Source: Chrysochromulina tobinii (lineage: Eukaryota). Taken from it: a DNA stretch of 38,084 nucleotides. This document shows positions 21,720 to 31,262 of the stretch, in pieces. Under the pieces are notes generated by a model that had not been told where the DNA came from, did not search any database, and saw only the letters and a list, made by a program, of their open reading frames with translations. The DNA is taken from positions 1 to 38,084 of the forward strand of contig JWZX01002823.1 of the NCBI GenBank assembly GCA_001275005.1, given 5' to 3'. Position 1 is the first letter of the stretch. Each line of letters begins with the position of its first letter. Both the position numbers and the translations under genes were made by a program.

Positions 21720-21779
21720 TGCGGTGGGTATTTCAGTAGAAGTGGGGATACGCTCTCCCAGCATACGGCGGAACACACC

Positions 21780-21887
21780 TTACCGGTAGATTTACTGTGT
21801 GGTCTGTGTGCCTTTGTGCGTCCGCGTGTTCCGTGTGTCTCGTGTGAGTCCCGGCTCCCCCCGGCGTCTTTTTACCGGTAGATTTAC
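21780..21887 (-). mobile_element. Short interspersed element, copy 2 (~76 bp), flanked by a 16-bp direct repeat TTACCGGTAGATTTAC
   Basis: Direct repeats at 21780-21795 and 21872-21887. One end is identical over 30 bp to 6480-6509 in the opposite orientation. Confidence 0.6.
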
Positions 21888-22024
21888 ACTGAATAAAACT
21901 CGAACAAACATGTAACGGTTATCGGAGCGACGCTCTTGCGCCTCACATTGATAGCGGACTTCCAATCGTCGGCACAGTCCGCGGCTCAGGAGCAGCCGGA
22001 GGGGCTCATTCACGTCAGGAAGCC

Positions 22025-22526
22025 ATGTCGAAGACGTGCGTCAGTGCATCCCCGCTGCCATGACGGGCGTCGAGCTCCTCCTTGCGCCGCCTCTTCGGGC
22101 ACCGCCCGCGCACGCCAGAGGCTGCCCAGAGGCTCTGCGCACACCTGAGTGCCTGCGCTGCCACTTGTGTCGCAGGGTGTACGCTGGGAACCTGTCTTGG
22201 ACGGTCACCGACAGCGATCTGCACGACGTGCGCTCTCGCGACCACCGCGCGCGCCAGCCCGCATCCCCCGAGCCTCGCACCGCACTGGCGCTGACCGTGG
22301 CATGCGGCAATGGCCTCGTCTCATTTCGCAGTTCATGCAGGCGGCCGGCGACGTGCGCAGCGCGCGCGTGACCCGCTACCCGGACGGCCGCTCCAAGGGA
22401 TGGGGCCTCGTCGACTTTGTCGACGCGAGCAGCGCCGCCGATGTGATCGCTAACTACAATGACGTGGAGTTAATGGGCCGCAAGATCTTCATCCGCGAGG
22501 ACCGCGACACGGGGGCCGGCGGTGAA

Positions 22527-22559
<33 letters not shown>

Positions 22560-22999
22560 AAGGGCGGCGGCAGGGGCAAGGGCAAGGGCGGCGACGGCGC
22601 CGCCCGCGGTGGCCGTGGCCGCGGCCGCGCCCGCCCACCGTTGGAAGTGCCCGAGGTCGAGGCCACGAGCGGTACCTCCTTGTATGTGGGGAATCTGACG
22701 TGGGCCACGACCTCCGTGCAGCTCCGCGAGGTGTTCAGCGAGTACAGTGTCAAGAGTGCCGAGGTCAAGGCGGGCTACGACGGCCGCTCGCGCGGCTACG
22801 GCATCGTCACGTTCGAATCGGAAGAGGTAATCGAGTGCCTTCGATTGCCATGGTTGGCCTTTGATTGTTATTGATTGCATGCCCGTCTCGGTGGTTACAG
22901 GATGCGGCCGCTGCGCGCGAGGCGCTCAGCGGCTACAATCTCGATGGTCGCGAGATATTGGTTCGATTCGACCGCCAGACGGCTGCCGACGGCGAGTGA
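22025..22999 (+). CDS. Two-RRM RNA-binding protein with Gly/RGG linker (GBP2/hnRNP-M-like), 4 exons (22025-22035, 22176-22227, 22332-22826, 22901-22999)
   Basis: RNP2 motifs VYAGNLSW and LYVGNLTW. RNP1 motifs RSKGWGLVDF and RSRGYGIVTF. GRKIFIREDR and DGREILVRFDR ends are typical of GBP2-like proteins. Confidence 0.85.
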
Positions 23000-23282
23000 T
23001 GGGCGGCTCTGCACACGCCAAGCGCCATGTCGAGCGCCGAGCGCCGTATTGAGCGGTGAGACCGCCAGCGAAGCACCGAGCGGCGCCGTCCCGTGCGGCG
23101 CCGTCCCGAGCGAGCCACCGAGAGGCAGGCGGGTGGAGGCAGGCGGAGGAGGGCGGCGGCTGTGAATGCGGGCGGCGGCTGTGAAGGGAGCATAAGGCGG
23201 TGCTTGAGAGGAGCTCAGAGTTGAGAAGGCAGGTCCCGCCTGCGAGCAGCGAGGGGAGCGTTGGCGGCAGTGTGCTCCCTCT

Positions 23283-23352
23283 CCGTGAGCACGCCCCGCG
23301 TCGTCGTGAGCATGCCCCGCGTCGTGGCGAGCACGCCCCGCGTCGTGGCGAT
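23283..23352 (+). repeat. 21-bp tandem repeat GAGCA(C/T)GCCCCGCGTCGT(C/G)G(T/C), 3 copies
   Basis: Read directly downstream of the RRM gene. Confidence 0.8.
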
Positions 23353-23714
23353 ACCGTGGGGGGATCGGCCAACGCGGGGCGTGCTGGCAGATGCGTCGAG
23401 GCTGAGGAACGGATGGACAGATACGAGATCTCTCCATCTCTCCGACATGACACGAGCGATGAGATCTGAAGTGCTGGGAGCACGGAGGTCGGAGGTGAGT
23501 GAGCCTGAACGAGTGAGGAGCTGATTACGAGCTGTTTGTGAGAGGTATGTCAGGCCGTGTGTGAGACGGGAGCTGAACGCCTGAACATTAACACACTGCC
23601 CCCTGTCGCTGTCCTTCGGCTGTGGGAAGAAAAAATCCGTCTCGTGCGTCTGTGGTTCGCGATCGGGACTGGTCGTCCCGGCGCCTGGCCAGGCATTCTT
23701 ATTTGGAGTTGCCG

Positions 23715-24026
23715 ATGCTTGTGAGGCTGCTGCTGCCAATACTGCTGATGGTGGCATCGGCGGCGAAGATTGAGCTCCAAGTATGCCAAGGGCCGTTTTG
23801 CAGCAAGTACGGCTGCCAAAGCGTCTTGCTGGCCGCCAAGCTGCAGCCGGGGATGGCCGGCGAGTCAGCGGCTTGTTTCGGCAAGCAGGGCTGCCAGTCT
23901 GCGTTCGCCCAGAAGGGCGTCCGAGTGAGGGCAGATGGCCTCGGCGTACGCACCCTCAAGGGCTGCGAGAACCCGTTCACCGCGCTGCGCGAGGTTGGTA
24001 GCATCGCGAAGCAGTTTGGCGTGTGA
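23715..24026 (+). CDS. Small signal-peptide protein, thioredoxin-like [2Fe-2S] ferredoxin-like
   Basis: Signal peptide MLVRLLLPILLMVASA, followed by LQVCQGPFCSKYG...AACFGKQGC. This resembles the VCxxxxCxxxG...CxGxC cysteine spacing of thioredoxin-like ferredoxins. Confidence 0.5.
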   Translation: MLVRLLLPILLMVASAAKIELQVCQGPFCSKYGCQSVLLAAKLQPGMAGESAACFGKQGCQSAFAQKGVRVRADGLGVRTLKGCENPFTALREVGSIAKQFGV

Positions 24027-24452
24027 CCTTTCGAGTTAGGAGGAGAGATGTTTATGAGCAGATAATAATATAGCTGAGAGCTGTTAGTACGCCTCCACAC
24101 AGATTTGAGTCGACGGTTGACTCTAACATTTAGATTTAGTCGCATTTTCAATGGATCACACATCTGTTACACATCTGTGAGCGGCCACAGGCCAGTCTGC
24201 CTCACATGGTTCCGATCACAACCCTCGCGCCGTGTCCAATCGAGGTCCCGCCGCGCTGCAGTAGTGTTTGAATGCGCCGCCGGATCGCGAGCCGGCTTAG
24301 TTGCGCGCTCGCGTGCGCGTACCGCCGCGCGAGAACGACTCGTGGCTGCTGGAGAATTCTGATGAAGAGATCTGAGATGAGAGATAGGTCTGGGATGAGA
24401 GATAGGTCTGAGCTGAGGTGAGAGAGAAGTACAGTACCATAGCGATCCCTCC

Positions 24453-25346
24453 TCATAGCCCTGGGCGTGCATGGGCCCCGGCGCCTCGGGAGTCATACAT
24501 CGTAGCGAACGGCGCGATTGTGACGCTCGGTCGCGGCCGGTCAGAGGGCCATTGCGAGTTATGCTCCGTCGCAAAGGGTGCTGTCGGTGCAGCTGAAGCT
24601 TCCACGGACCAGTGACGGCGCTGCGCGGTAGAGGTCGAGAAGGTGGACGGCGGGCGTACCGAGGCCGCCTCGCCATCGACCGCATACGGAGGGCAAGTAG
24701 GCTGTGCTGGCTGCAGCTGGAGCACGGGCGCCTGCTTGTCACGATCCGTCGCAAACGGCGACCGACCAACGGGCTCAGCATGGCCTGAGGCCGCCAGGCG
24801 CTGCATGCATTCGTCCCGAATGTCCTCGGACCGAAACCCACCAGGCCACAACTGAACTCCGTAGGGCGCCTGCGCGTCGGGTAGCGGAGCGCCTTCACGC
24901 ATGTGCGGGATGGATTCCATGCGCGTCGTGTACTCCGCCGTGGTCATCCCGGCATACGCTGGCTGGTTCTGCGGTGTGGTGGGCTCCGCAAGGCAGAAGG
25001 CCGCAACCCAATCGTCATACCCGATGGTGCCGTCTGCTGCAGGACAGAGGTCCTGGTGCAGCTGGCCAAGCTCCCGTGACCCGAGGACACCTGCGCCGAT
25101 CGCTTGCAAGCGCTCGGGAAGGCGGTGAATCGGGACCCTACTGCCATACTGCTGCGATAAGGCCACCCAGATGGCGTCGAGCGGCTTGCCCGTGCGTTCG
25201 ACGAGCCACGAGCCGAGCTTGGATGGCGCCGTCGTGCCACTGGTGAGTTGCGTCATGCGGCTGCGCATCGACGGCAGGGTATAGGCTTCATTGTCCTTGA
25301 TCAAGGACCCGTGCTGCTTGCGGCAGCTGTCAGGACCTCCGAACAT
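24453..25346 (-). CDS. Hypothetical protein with an EF-hand-like segment and repeated PFAT motifs
   Basis: 297-aa ORF containing ELGQLHQDLCPAADGTIGYDDWVAAF, a degenerate EF-hand. PFAT/PYA motifs recur in the tail. Confidence 0.5.
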   Translation of the reverse strand: MFGGPDSCRKQHGSLIKDNEAYTLPSMRSRMTQLTSGTTAPSKLGSWLVERTGKPLDAIWVALSQQYGSRVPIHRLPERLQAIGAGVLGSRELGQLHQDLCPAADGTIGYDDWVAAFCLAEPTTPQNQPAYAGMTTAEYTTRMESIPHMREGAPLPDAQAPYGVQLWPGGFRSEDIRDECMQRLAASGHAEPVGRSPFATDRDKQAPVLQLQPAQPTCPPYAVDGEAASVRPPSTFSTSTAQRRHWSVEASAAPTAPFATEHNSQWPSDRPRPSVTIAPFATMYDSRGAGAHARPGL

Positions 25347-25607
25347 TGATCACATTGATTTTGAATCAACCTGGGCCATGAGAAGTGAGGGCAAAATTCA
25401 TGTGAATAGAGGAAATACGCCTCACAGGTGTATCATCCGCGAAGAACGGATTCATGAATGAATGCCGCGCGAATACGGACCGACGATTAACGTGAACGTG
25501 ACTGTGAACATTACATGTCGCGAGCATGAGAATGAAGCGGCTGTGACGTGTGCGAGGTGTTGCCCTTCACGCTTTGAGTTTGGTCTGTGCGTGTTGGCGT
25601 GTTGTGA

Positions 25608-28600
25608 ATGAACATGGCCGACGACCCGCTCGAGGTGCCGCTGGCTGTCCTCGCGCCGCCGTCGCCGCCATCGTGGCGTCGGCGCGTCGCGCTCGTGCTC
25701 GCGGTGCTCAGTTGCCCAGTCTGGCTGCCGCTCGCGATCACGCTGCTCCTGCTCTTCACAATCCTCGGCACGCCGGCGCTGCTTGGCTGGCTCGCTCTCT
25801 TCCGGCCCAAGCTGCTTCGTGGCCTGCCGCGCGACGTGCGCTTCATCGCGCGTCTCGTGCAGGCGACGCGCCAGCTCAATGCACGCATGAAGAGCACGCG
25901 GGGCGCCTTCACGACGGCCGACTACTTTGCAGAGGTCGTCGCGCGGCACGGCAACAAGCCTGCGCTCGTCTTCGAGGACGAGACGCTCACGTACGCGCAG
26001 GTGGACGCCCAGTCGGACCGCATGGCCGCGTGGGCCGTGGACATCGCCCGGCTCGAGCCGGGCGATGCCGTCGCCCTCCTCTGCGGCAATCGGCCTGAGC
26101 ATCTCTTTTGCTGGCTGGGCCTCACCAAACGCGGCATCACCACCACTCTCATCCCAACGGCCATTCGAGGCGAGGCCCTCTCCCGCGCGCTGCGCGAGTG
26201 CGGCGTGCGCGTGGTGCTCTTCGAGGCCGCCACCGCCGAGCAGCTCGCGCCCCTCGCCGCCGCCGCCGCTGTCCCCGCCACCGCCACCGCCACCGTCGCC
26301 GCCACGTCCGCTGCGCACGGGCAAGGGCACGTCTCGCCCACAACGGCGCCTTGGCCGGCGCTGCGCTTCGTGTGCGTGGACGCGGCCGACACTCCCGCGT
26401 GGGCCGAACCGTTACGGTTGCCCACAACGGCGCGTCCTCCCGAGGCGAGCGTGCGTGCCACGTGTCGTACCACCGATACGCTGGTACATATCTTTACGTC
26501 GGGCACGACGGGGATGCCCAAGGCCGCGCGCCTGACGCACCTCCGCTTCTTTTCGGCCATCGTGCTCCCGTATATGTTCAACCTGGGCAGCGATGATAAG
26601 CTGTACTGCTGCCTGCCCATGTGTCACACCGCCGCCATAGGTACAACCTCGTTACTCTGATGACCTCTGATTGCATGCTGATTGCCACACCGCCGCCATA
26701 GGTACAACGAGGACGGCGACCGAGGCGGAGAGCCTCTCTGAATGCCTCTCTGATTTCCTTATTGATTGCCTCATTGATTGCCTCTCTGAGTGCCTCTCTG
26801 ATTTCCTTATTGATTGCCTCTCTGAGTGCCTCTCTGATTTCCTCGCTGAGTGCCTCACTGATTGCCTCTCTGAGAGCCTCTCGGAGTGCCTCTCTGAGTG
26901 CCTCTCTGATTTCCTTATTGATTGCCTCTCTGAGTGCCTCTCTGATTTCCTCACTGATTGCCTCTCTGAGTGCCTCTCTGAGTGCCTCTCTGAGTGCCTC
27001 TCTGATTGCCTCTCTGAGCGCCTCGCCGAGTGCCTCTCTGAGTGCCTCGCTGAGTGCCTCTGATTGCATGCATGCAGGTGCCTTTTCGATCTGCTGGTGG
27101 CTCGGTATCCCGATGGTCCTGGCGCGAAAGTTCTCGGCAAGTACCTTTTGGAAAGACGTGGCCACGAACGAGTGCACCGTCGTGCAATATGTGGGCGAGC
27201 TCTGCCGTTACCTCTGATGACCTCTGCCGTTACCTCTGATGACCTCTGATGACCTCTGATGACCTCTGATGACCTCTGATGACCTCTGATGACCTCTGAT
27301 GACCTTGCATGCAGGTGGGCGAGCTCTGCCGTTACCTCGTGCATGCGCCGCCTTCGGAGCACGAGCGCTCCCATCGCGTGCGCCTCTTTTTCGGCAACGG
27401 GCTCCGACCGGACGTCTGGCCTCGCCTGGTCTCCCGCTTCGGCATCCCGCGCGTAGGCGAAGTCTATGCTTCCACAGAAGGCAACGCCAATCTCGCCAAC
27501 ACCGAGAATCACCCCGGCGCCGTCGGTTTCATCTCGCCGCTTCTCAAGCCTCTGTACCCCGTCTGCCTGATGCGCCTCGCGCCCGAGACGGCGGAGCCCG
27601 GTTGTGCCCGGGACGGCGCGGGGGCGCTGCTCCGGGGCCCTGATGGGTTGGGCGTCCCGTGCCAGCCGGGGGAGCCGGGCGAGCTGCTGGGCAAGGTGAG
27701 TGCGCCTGAGTGCGCCTGAGTGCCACTGAGTGCCACTGAGTGCCGTCGATTGCCACGGCTCGCTCACGATGGCGCCCTGAGTGCCACTGATTGCCGTCGA
27801 TTGCCACGGCTCGCTCACGATGGCGCCCAGGGCGGCTGTTGATGGCAGTTGAGTGCATGCCTGCAGGTGGACCAGCGCGATGCGTCTCGCAACTTCGCCG
27901 GCTACACGGATCGCGAGGCGACACGGCGCAAGCTCGTCTTCGATGTGCTCAAGCGTGGCGACTGCTGGTTCCGCACCGGCGACCTGCTGCAGGTGCGATC
28001 TCCCTTGATTGACCTTGATGGCTTCCACTTTATATAACGTGGCGACTGCTGGTTCCGCACCGGCGACCTGCTGCAGGCGGATGCCGACGGTTTCGTCTAT
28101 TTCGTCGACCGAATGGGCGACACATACCGGTACAAGGGCGAGAACGTGAGCACTGCCGAGGTAGCCGCCGTCCTGGGCGGCATCGCCCACTTACGCGTGG
28201 CTCAGTGCGTCGTGTACGTGGGCTGCTTATGCGCGAGTACTCGCCCCCTGGATGGCCTCTCTGATGGCAGCTGATGATGGCCTGACTGAGTGCCTCTGAT
28301 GGTGCTCCTCATCAGGAACGCCGCCCCGAGGGAGATTGCGTCTGATGGCCTCTGATGGCCTGCCTCATCAGGTGCGGCGTGGCGGTGCCTCACGTGGACG
28401 GAGATTGCGTCTGATTGCGTCTGATGGCCTGCCTCATCAGGTACGGCGTGGCGGTGCCTCACGTGGACGGAGATTGCGTCTGATTGCGTCTGATGGCCTG
28501 CCTCATCAGGTACGGCGTGGCGGTGCCTCACGTGGACGGTCGCGTGGGCATGGCGGCGCTCGAGATGGAGATCGGAGCTCCCGCGCCCGACATGGCGCGC

Positions 28601-28938
28601 TTGTACGCGGCGCTGGACGAGCAGCTGCCGCCGTACGCGCATCCGCGCTTCGTCAGTCGCCTCTGATTGCTTCTGATTGCCTCTGATCATCTGTGATGAC
28701 CACCCTCATTAGGTACGCGCATCCGCGCTTCATCCGGCTGCTGCGCGGCACGACGCCCATCGAGACTACGCAGACGTTCAAGCCCAAAAAGGCAGCGCTC
28801 CAGGCGGCGGGCTGCGACCCTCGCCTCACTGGCGGGGACGACCTCTTCGTGCGAGACGCGGCGGCAAGATCGTTTGTGCCGCTGAGCGCCACGGAGCACG
28901 CGGCGCTGGTGAGCGGCGCGCGCCGCGCGCTCGACTGA
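25608..28938 (+). CDS. FATP/SLC27-type (very-)long-chain acyl-CoA synthetase, 7 exons (25608-26640, 27078-27190, 27315-27695, 27867-27992, 28077-28213, 28510-28632, 28713-28938)
   Basis: N-terminal TM, AMP-binding [54 protein letters not shown]...[37 protein letters not shown]. All introns are GT-AG and in frame. Confidence 0.93.
26730..27066 (+). repeat. Intronic 12-bp-period minisatellite (CTCTGAGTGCCT / CTGATTGCCT variants)
   Basis: Fills most of FATP intron 1. Confidence 0.9.
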
Positions 28939-29439
28939 CACCCCCTGGAAGGAAAGCGCCCGGGCGTTTCTCCAAGATCGGCACGTCCTGGGTGAGGGTT
29001 AGGGGCTTAGGCACGACGGCCTGTGCAATCTCAACCTATGGGTCACCACATGCTCTATAATTAATGCTCTAATCATCCGCCTGGAGCAGCAGCTGCTGCA
29101 CCACTGGACCACGACCACATCAGCTGCGGCTCGAAGAATTGAGCTTTGAGGAATACGCCCAATGATAAACCTCATGATAAACCCAACATGGTATTGCAAT
29201 TGGAAAGCTCAAATGGTTTGAAGAAAATGCAACAAATCTGTTTCACGCAGCTTTCACCTTTTTCTCGAGTGCGAGGCAGGCGCCGCCCCGCGCAGCACGC
29301 GCTCTACCGACTCCGGGGCGGGGCACGCTTGTGTGGCGGTTTGTGTCTGCGCCACTCTCGCGACTCTGTGGAAGAACAATTGTAACTTCTTACCAGAACC
29401 GGTCTCCGACCACGCCGCATCGGTCGTCGCTCGAGAGCG

Positions 29440-30975
29440 TCACATGCCCATGTTGGCAAGGTGCGCATGCAACATGAGCCTACGCACCGCAGGCGGCACG
29501 CGAGCCTCGCGAATGGGCTTTGGAGACGACAGCGTGCGCACGTAGGTCCGTGAGGTGCGCGCGTGAGAAGGTGCCGGGGTAAGTTCCTTGGGGCGCTGTA
29601 TTGGGCGCGACGGCGGCGTGTGTTGTGCGGTCGGCGGTGCAGCTGGGGCGATCGGTGGAGCGCTCAATACATCGCTCACAGGGGTGCAAACTATGCTCTG
29701 GGCAGACGCAGCAGCCACGGGTGCTGGTGTCGCAGGGGGCGTCGGCACAGCCTCTAGCGGCGCCCATGGAGTGTAGCGGGACGGTGGGGCGAGGCGGAGT
29801 CGGTAGTGAGCGGGGAGTGGGGAGCCGGGACCGAGTGACATGACGCCGCGAGTTGGCGTCGTAGTCTGCGCACCACCTGTCGAGCTCGAGGTCGGCGGCG
29901 TTGGCAGCTGCCGGCGGCCGGTCAGTGCGTCGTAGACGACCGGGCTAGGAGCGGCGACAGCTACCTTCCGAGCGTCCTGCCGAGCACTTGTAATGTTGAG
30001 AGCAGCGGCTGAGGCAGCTCGTGCGCTAGCGAGGCGCGCGCGCAACCATTCCACACCGGCCGGTGGAGAGCAGTCAGCATGCCCCTCCTCAGACGTCACT
30101 TCAGCCGTCAGCTCGACGGGACGTGGCTGCGGCGTCAAGTGGCTGAGCGTACGGCTCGGCATGTTCCATGTCGGTACCTCCCGGGGCGCGGAAGGCGACA
30201 TCAGCTCATGGCGGTGCTCGAGGTTAAGCTCGAGGTGGCGGTCCCGGGTATTCTCATTCACAGCAGTCACTCCCTCGAGGTGGCGGTCCCGGGTATTCTC
30301 ATTCACAGTCACTCCCTCTAGGTGGCGGTCCAGGGTATGTTGGTCCTTAGTATGGTCGAGGGGGCGCTCTCGGGGCGGCTCTGCAGGGGGCATGCGCGGC
30401 GCAGCGGCGAGCGCAGCGGTGAGGTGCGCAGCGGGGCCTGCCGCAGGCGTCACGACGCGTTCGAGGAAGGTACGAGGCGAGATGCAAGGAGGGCACGACT
30501 CGTGTAGCCGCTCGCTCTTGCGCTCCTCAGCGATGAGCGCGACGGCGCGTTTCGCATACGCCTTTCGAGCCCTGTGCAGCTTCGGCTGCTGCTGCTGCCG
30601 AAGGCGCACGTCCCCTGGCTGACCAAACTCAAGGCTCAGGCGCGCAAAGTCACCGTCAGAATATTCGTCTGGAGCGAGGATGAGTTGTCGGCTGACGTCC
30701 TCAAACTGCACGTTGAAGTCATCAACGGCCCATCCGGCGCCGGCGTCGAAGGCCCGCACGATCGCCACCTTGTACTCCAGCTCCTCGTTGGCGCTGACCC
30801 AGAACTCGCAGCGCCACGCATTGCTGGATCTGTCCTCGACGCGCCTCATCTTGGCCTGCGAGGCACTCGCATCCCAGCTCCCCATGTGGGGCGTGGAGCC
30901 CACGATGACCAGCGCATCGCCGGGTGACGTTTCCGCCCGCACCGTCAGGTGCACGAGCACCCGGACGTTCGACAT
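29440..30975 (-). CDS. CBM20 (starch-binding domain) protein with a long low-complexity tail
   Basis: MSNVRVLVHLTVRAETSPGDALVIVGSTPHMGSWD...W...ELEYKVAI matches the CBM20 consensus (G..l.vvGS...LG.W...W...eYKy). The ATG at 30975 is preferred. The tail has RDRHLEGVT repeats. Confidence 0.75.
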   Translation of the reverse strand: MSNVRVLVHLTVRAETSPGDALVIVGSTPHMGSWDASASQAKMRRVEDRSSNAWRCEFWVSANEELEYKVAIVRAFDAGAGWAVDDFNVQFEDVSRQLILAPDEYSDGDFARLSLEFGQPGDVRLRQQQQPKLHRARKAYAKRAVALIAEERKSERLHESCPPCISPRTFLERVVTPAAGPAAHLTAALAAAPRMPPAEPPRERPLDHTKDQHTLDRHLEGVTVNENTRDRHLEGVTAVNENTRDRHLELNLEHRHELMSPSAPREVPTWNMPSRTLSHLTPQPRPVELTAEVTSEEGHADCSPPAGVEWLRARLASARAASAAALNITSARQDARKVAVAAPSPVVYDALTGRRQLPTPPTSSSTGGAQTTTPTRGVMSLGPGSPLPAHYRLRLAPPSRYTPWAPLEAVPTPPATPAPVAAASAQSIVCTPVSDVLSAPPIAPAAPPTAQHTPPSRPIQRPKELTPAPSHARTSRTYVRTLSSPKPIREARVPPAVRRLMLHAHLANMGM

Positions 30976-31262
30976 AAAAAGGAAGCAGCGAGCAGGCTGA
31001 GAGGGACGCAGCGACAAGAACGCAAAAGGAAATGGGTCTAGAGCGTCTAGAGTCGAAGTTTTCATGTTTCGTTATCGGGTCGCCGTTTGAAAGCATGCAT
31101 GCGCATACTTGTTGTTGGTGTTGAAGGCCAGACAAAGAGTGTCTGTGTGTGTCATTGTACAAATCGTTCACACTACTTGTAATGGCGCGAAAAGTTTTCG
31201 GCAGATTGCGCATTGTGAGCGCGCCTTTCGGATTTGCGTGTGCATCGCCTAGAAGTGGCGCC

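Noticed and set aside
26578..27217. ORFs with EALREA / LSECLSD / ASLSASL periodic peptides
   Set aside because: They are translations of the 12-bp intronic minisatellite in FATP intron 1, not real proteins.
28990..29012. Telomere-like GGGTGAGGGTTAGGGGCTTAGG
   Set aside because: Only one exact TTAGGG unit, too short to call an interstitial telomere.
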